Shown here in pieces: positions 60,624 to 64,000 of a stretch of DNA of 64,000 nucleotides. Within the stretch, counting starts at the first letter, position 1, and every line of letters starts with the position of its first letter. Origin of the DNA: Vulcanimicrobiales bacterium (GTDB lineage: Bacteria; Vulcanimicrobiota; Vulcanimicrobiia; Vulcanimicrobiales; Vulcanimicrobiaceae); NCBI GenBank assembly GCA_038231455.1, contig JBBRLI010000001.1, positions 128,001 through 192,000 of the forward strand. Reading direction: 5' to 3'. Under the pieces are notes generated by a model. The model made no database searches and was not told where the DNA came from. It saw only the letters and a list, made by a program, of their open reading frames with translations. A program made the position numbers and the translations under genes.

Positions 60624-61241
60624 CTAGACCTCAGCGCTCACTTGCGTCGGCCCACTGCGCTTGGGCGATCCCTCCGCCGGCTCAATCGTGACCCCGATGC
60701 GATGCGCGTCGCGCACGACGTCGCCCGGCACGATGAGGACTTCGAGTCCGTCGCGCGTACGGTGCAGCATGCCGGGCGAGGAAACGCGCGCGCCGCGCAC
60801 CCAGACTTGATATCCCCGACCGGGGGCGGGCGCGGGGAGTCCGCGCACGATGAACGCCGTTCGCTGACCTTGCGCGCCGACGACGACGCTTCCACTGGCG
60901 CTCGGGCCGCTCAGCGCGATCTCGCGCGGATGATCGGCGACCATCGAGGCGATCGCAGCGAGATCGCCGTCCGGACGCTGCGTGTACGCGAATGTTCCGC
61001 CAACGACACAAGCGACGAGGACGGCAGCGACCGCTTCGCGCCAATACGTTCGCGGTCGAATCGTCGGCGCGGGCGGAGCGCCAGCCTGACGGATCGAGCG
61101 CAGCGATGACATCACAACCGCGTATCGGGCGACGGCATCACGGCATGGTGCGCACGCTGCAAGATGCTCGCGGAAGAGCTGCTCGTCAGCCGGATCGAGC
61201 GCGCCCAAAGCAAAGGCTTCGACATCATCATGAACGCTCAT
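60624..61241 (-). CDS. Anti-sigma factor, RskA-like with ZAS motif
   Basis: FALGALD, HLAACAPC (HxxxCxxC), TM, YQVW, VTIEP.EGS. Confidence 0.9.
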   Translation of the reverse strand: MSVHDDVEAFALGALDPADEQLFREHLAACAPCRDAVARYAVVMSSLRSIRQAGAPPAPTIRPRTYWREAVAAVLVACVVGGTFAYTQRPDGDLAAIASMVADHPREIALSGPSASGSVVVGAQGQRTAFIVRGLPAPAPGRGYQVWVRGARVSSPGMLHRTRDGLEVLIVPGDVVRDAHRIGVTIEPAEGSPKRSGPTQVSAEV

Positions 61242-61804
61242 GAGATCGCCTCCGCGCCTTCTATCGAGCGACGCAAATGTTGCATTGCCAACCGCACGCG
61301 GCTCTTCACCGTACCAAGGGGCGCGCCGACGACGTGCGCGATTTCCGTTTGCGTGAGTCCGCCAAAGTACGCAAGTTCGATCACCGCGCGCTGTTCCGAA
61401 TCGAGATCGTCGAGTGCACGCCGGATGTCGCGTTCGAGTTGATGTTGCATGGCTATCTCGGCGGGTCCGCCGCCATCAGCTGCCCGCTCGCGAGTTGCAT
61501 CGAGTTCGACCATCGGACGCGCCCGACGTTGACGATCGATTGCCGCATTGCGCAATACGGTCAAAAGCCACGGCCGAATGCCGCTGCCGACGATACTGCC
61601 CGCGCGCGTCCAAAGAGCGAGAAAGGTTTGTTGTGTGAGGTCGTCTGCCGTCGAACGATCCGCGCAGACGCGCGATGCGAACGCGAAAACCGCCGCGCTA
61701 TGGCGGCGGTACAGTTCCTCGAACGCATCGGCGCGACGCGCGACGACGAGACGCAAGAGCGCCCCATCATCAAGTGCGTTTATTTGCTCGAGAGATCGCC
61801 GCAC
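61238..61804 (-). CDS. ECF sigma factor (SigK-like)
   Basis: AFEELYRRH, WLLTVLRNAAID, LAYFGGLTQTEIA...PLGTVKSRVR. Confidence 0.93.
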   Translation of the reverse strand: MRRSLEQINALDDGALLRLVVARRADAFEELYRRHSAAVFAFASRVCADRSTADDLTQQTFLALWTRAGSIVGSGIRPWLLTVLRNAAIDRQRRARPMVELDATRERAADGGGPAEIAMQHQLERDIRRALDDLDSEQRAVIELAYFGGLTQTEIAHVVGAPLGTVKSRVRLAMQHLRRSIEGAEAIS

Positions 61805-62196
61805 GCAACGTACGTCGGAATGTCGGACGTTGATTTATGCACGTTGACCGCAAAGCCGCCGGCGACAAGGTCTTTCATCGGCATGGCGACCATCGAGGTC
61901 GAGACGCCATCGACGAGTACCACGAGCGGATACTTGGGTTTGGGGTTGAGTTTTGCGCACGAACCTTCGTGAATGTGAGCTGGCTGCGGCGTATCGCCGG
62001 GCGAATTGACGAGCGCGACTTCGACGCGCGTTTTGTCACCGAGCGCGGTGAGCGTCACGGTTCCGGTTTCGCCCGATCCGTTCTGTGCAGTCATGGTGAA
62101 CACGCGGTGATCGACTTCGGCCGATGCCGGGAGGGCGAGCGTGCCGAGTACGGCCGCGGCCGTCAAGGTCGCGAAAAAACGTGCGGAAATCTTCAT
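61780..62196 (-). CDS. Small secreted CHRD/Cu-Zn-SOD-like beta protein
   Basis: Signal peptide ASA-E; PAHIHEGSC, NVHKS, ACGDL. Confidence 0.7.
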   Translation of the reverse strand: MKISARFFATLTAAAVLGTLALPASAEVDHRVFTMTAQNGSGETGTVTLTALGDKTRVEVALVNSPGDTPQPAHIHEGSCAKLNPKPKYPLVVLVDGVSTSMVAMPMKDLVAGGFAVNVHKSTSDIPTYVACGDLSSK

Positions 62197-62230
62197 AGTG
62201 ATCCCTTCGAATCGGAGCGATGTACCACAT

Positions 62231-62257
62231 AGACGCACGTGGCGTTGCAGCGGATCA
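62231..62257 (-). promoter_or_regulatory. Putative ECF-sigma promoter for the CHRD-sigma-antisigma operon
   Basis: TGATCC-N16-CGTCT, a typical ECF -35/-10 arrangement. Confidence 0.6.
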
Positions 62258-62273
62258 CTCGATTCCGCTGCGC

Positions 62274-62609
62274 TTAGGGTTTGCCGTAATTCGCGGTGAG
62301 GTAGTCCACGAGCTTTGGCACATCGGCATCGGCGATCGGGGCTTTGTAGACGTTCTTCATCTTGTTCACCTCAGCGAGCCACTGGGCTTGCGAGAGCCGC
62401 GGCTGCGTCGAAACGTATGCTGAGGAGTGACAGGTGAGACAATTGACCTGCGCGAGCACGACGCCAGGCGCGTTTTTATAGCCGAAGTCGAGATCGCCGG
62501 GCAGCGTAATTTTCACGACCGAGGCCGGGGTTGTCTTCGGAGCGGCGCCGCTTGCGAGGAGCGAGCCGGCAAAGGCGACGGTTATAGCGGCGAGTGCGAA
62601 GCGCTTCAT
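62274..62609 (-). CDS. sorB: Monoheme cytochrome c, SorB-like
   Basis: Signal peptide; NCLTCH; YVSTQP; W..EV.KM..VYKAP. Confidence 0.88.
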   Translation of the reverse strand: MKRFALAAITVAFAGSLLASGAAPKTTPASVVKITLPGDLDFGYKNAPGVVLAQVNCLTCHSSAYVSTQPRLSQAQWLAEVNKMKNVYKAPIADADVPKLVDYLTANYGKP

Positions 62610-63805
62610 ACGATGGTCACCTTATACGTCTCGATTTGGTTCCGCATGTAGCCGGACGGCTGCCATGTCGGCGTGGCGACTTGGATCGAACCGTCGCCGG
62701 CGGTCGCGCGCGTTGCAAGCGTCATCGTCGAGCCTGCTTTCGGCGTGATTTCGGCCCGGAATTGACGGAACGAAAAGCGTCCAAAATCAGGCCCGAGCGC
62801 GGCGGTATTCCATGAGTCGCCGCCATCGATCGAGTACTCGACTTTCTCGATGCCCGTGCCTTTGTCGAACGCGATTCCACGGATCTCTTGGGCTTTCGGT
62901 GCGAGCACGCTGCCGTTCTTGACGTTGGTTAAAAACGAGCGCACGTTCATCGTGCTAATCGGCACGGTCGGGTAGCCTTTGTCCGTCGGGGCGACCGAAT
63001 TATTCGGCGTGGCGGGAACGCGATAGGCGGTTTTCATCCAGAAATTATCATCGACGTGATCGATCGCTTCGATCGACGAGAGCATCTTGACCCAGTACGT
63101 CGAGTACCAGCCCGGAACGACCAACCGCACGGGAAACCCATTGAGCAGCGGAAGCGGAAAGCCGTTCATCTCGTACGCGACGATCACGTTCTCATCGCGC
63201 GCCATGTCGACATCGAGCGCCTTGATGAAATCGGGCGTGTCGGGTAGCGTCGCTTTGTCGAGACCGTCGAACCGGATCTGCTTCGTGCCCGCGACGATGC
63301 CCGCTTTGGCAAGAATATCCCGCAGACGTGCGCCCTTCCAGCGTGCGTTGCCCATCGCGCCGTTCGTCCATTGACCGCCCGGCACGCGCGGTCCAAAGAA
63401 GCCGCGGCTGTTCCCGGAGCATTGATTGACCGCGATGATTTCAACCGGTTCGAATGCTTTGAGATCGGCGATGGAAAGCGAGAGCGTACGCTCCGTGCCC
63501 GTAACGGCAATCCGGTGTTTCGCCCCGTCGATAACGGTGGGAATGTCCGCATTGTGCCAGCGCACGTAAAACGCATCGTTCGGCGTGAGGATCCCCTCAT
63601 CGAAGACGGAGAACGGCGTCTCGAGTTGCGGCGGCCGCGGCGTAAGAACGATCAGCGGGCGCTTTTGCGGGAACGCGACGAGCGGGCGCTCACCGTTTTC
63701 GAACGGCTGCATGATCCGCGAGTACGCGGCTTCTGCCGAACCGGTAAGAGCGAGGCTCCCGATCGCGGTGCTCGCGCCGACGAGGAAATGGCTGCGTTTT
63801 GGCAT
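62606..63805 (-). CDS. sorA: Sulfite oxidase-family molybdoenzyme, SorA-like
   Basis: RPPQLETP, FYVRWH, QCSGNSR, LNGFPVRLVVPGWY; GAGGTG SD before ATG 63805. Confidence 0.9.
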   Translation of the reverse strand: MPKRSHFLVGASTAIGSLALTGSAEAAYSRIMQPFENGERPLVAFPQKRPLIVLTPRPPQLETPFSVFDEGILTPNDAFYVRWHNADIPTVIDGAKHRIAVTGTERTLSLSIADLKAFEPVEIIAVNQCSGNSRGFFGPRVPGGQWTNGAMGNARWKGARLRDILAKAGIVAGTKQIRFDGLDKATLPDTPDFIKALDVDMARDENVIVAYEMNGFPLPLLNGFPVRLVVPGWYSTYWVKMLSSIEAIDHVDDNFWMKTAYRVPATPNNSVAPTDKGYPTVPISTMNVRSFLTNVKNGSVLAPKAQEIRGIAFDKGTGIEKVEYSIDGGDSWNTAALGPDFGRFSFRQFRAEITPKAGSTMTLATRATAGDGSIQVATPTWQPSGYMRNQIETYKVTIV

Positions 63806-64000
63806 GAGACCACCTCTTTCAAGTGGGGCAAATTCGCGCCTAGCGGATTGACTCCGCTTGGAGCCGCGTGAGGGTCGATTCGCTCGTTCGGTCAACGCGC
63901 AGCGGCGTGACGCTCGCGTACCCGGCGTCGACGACGAGGATGTCCGCGTCGGCGCCGTTATCGCGCGCATCGTGCGTCCCCCAGACCCACGCGTACAGCG

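Overview
High-GC bacterial chromosomal window. The mix of Terrabacteria-type gene orders (def-fmt-rsmB-FHA-FHA-PP2C-SEDS; topA-trmFO-hslV-hslU; GerMN-amidase-murI) with an outer-membrane secretin and chemotaxis genes suggests a diderm Terrabacterium, possibly Eremiobacterota/Vulcanimicrobiota (inference only). Most of the window is housekeeping or metabolic: dxs, secG, peptide-ABC ATPases, acyl-CoA dehydrogenase, a paoABC-like molybdoenzyme, SSADH, a MesD-like methionine synthase, sorAB, an ECF sigma/anti-sigma pair and tmRNA. The main findings are: (1) a lower-GC island in which a signal-peptide-bearing RHS toxin (Tox-REase-7-like tip plus putative immunity gene) sits head-to-head with a lone secretin carrying an unusual C-terminal extension, followed by an XRE regulator and a TPR protein, which is a candidate minimal secretin-linked RHS export system; (2) a membrane protein with all the ETR1 ethylene-binding residues fused to a SpoIIE-type PP2C and an RsbW-like kinase; (3) fmt apparently initiating at CUG downstream of a near-leaderless def; (4) a one-piece tmRNA with an atypical GGCGGUU T-loop; (5) a histone-H1-like 11-aa repeat protein divergent from topA; (6) a 21-bp hairpin centred on the secG stop codon; (7) a PP2C-like protein with degenerate metal ligands in a cluster lacking its kinase. 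All family assignments come from recognising motifs by eye; no searches were run.
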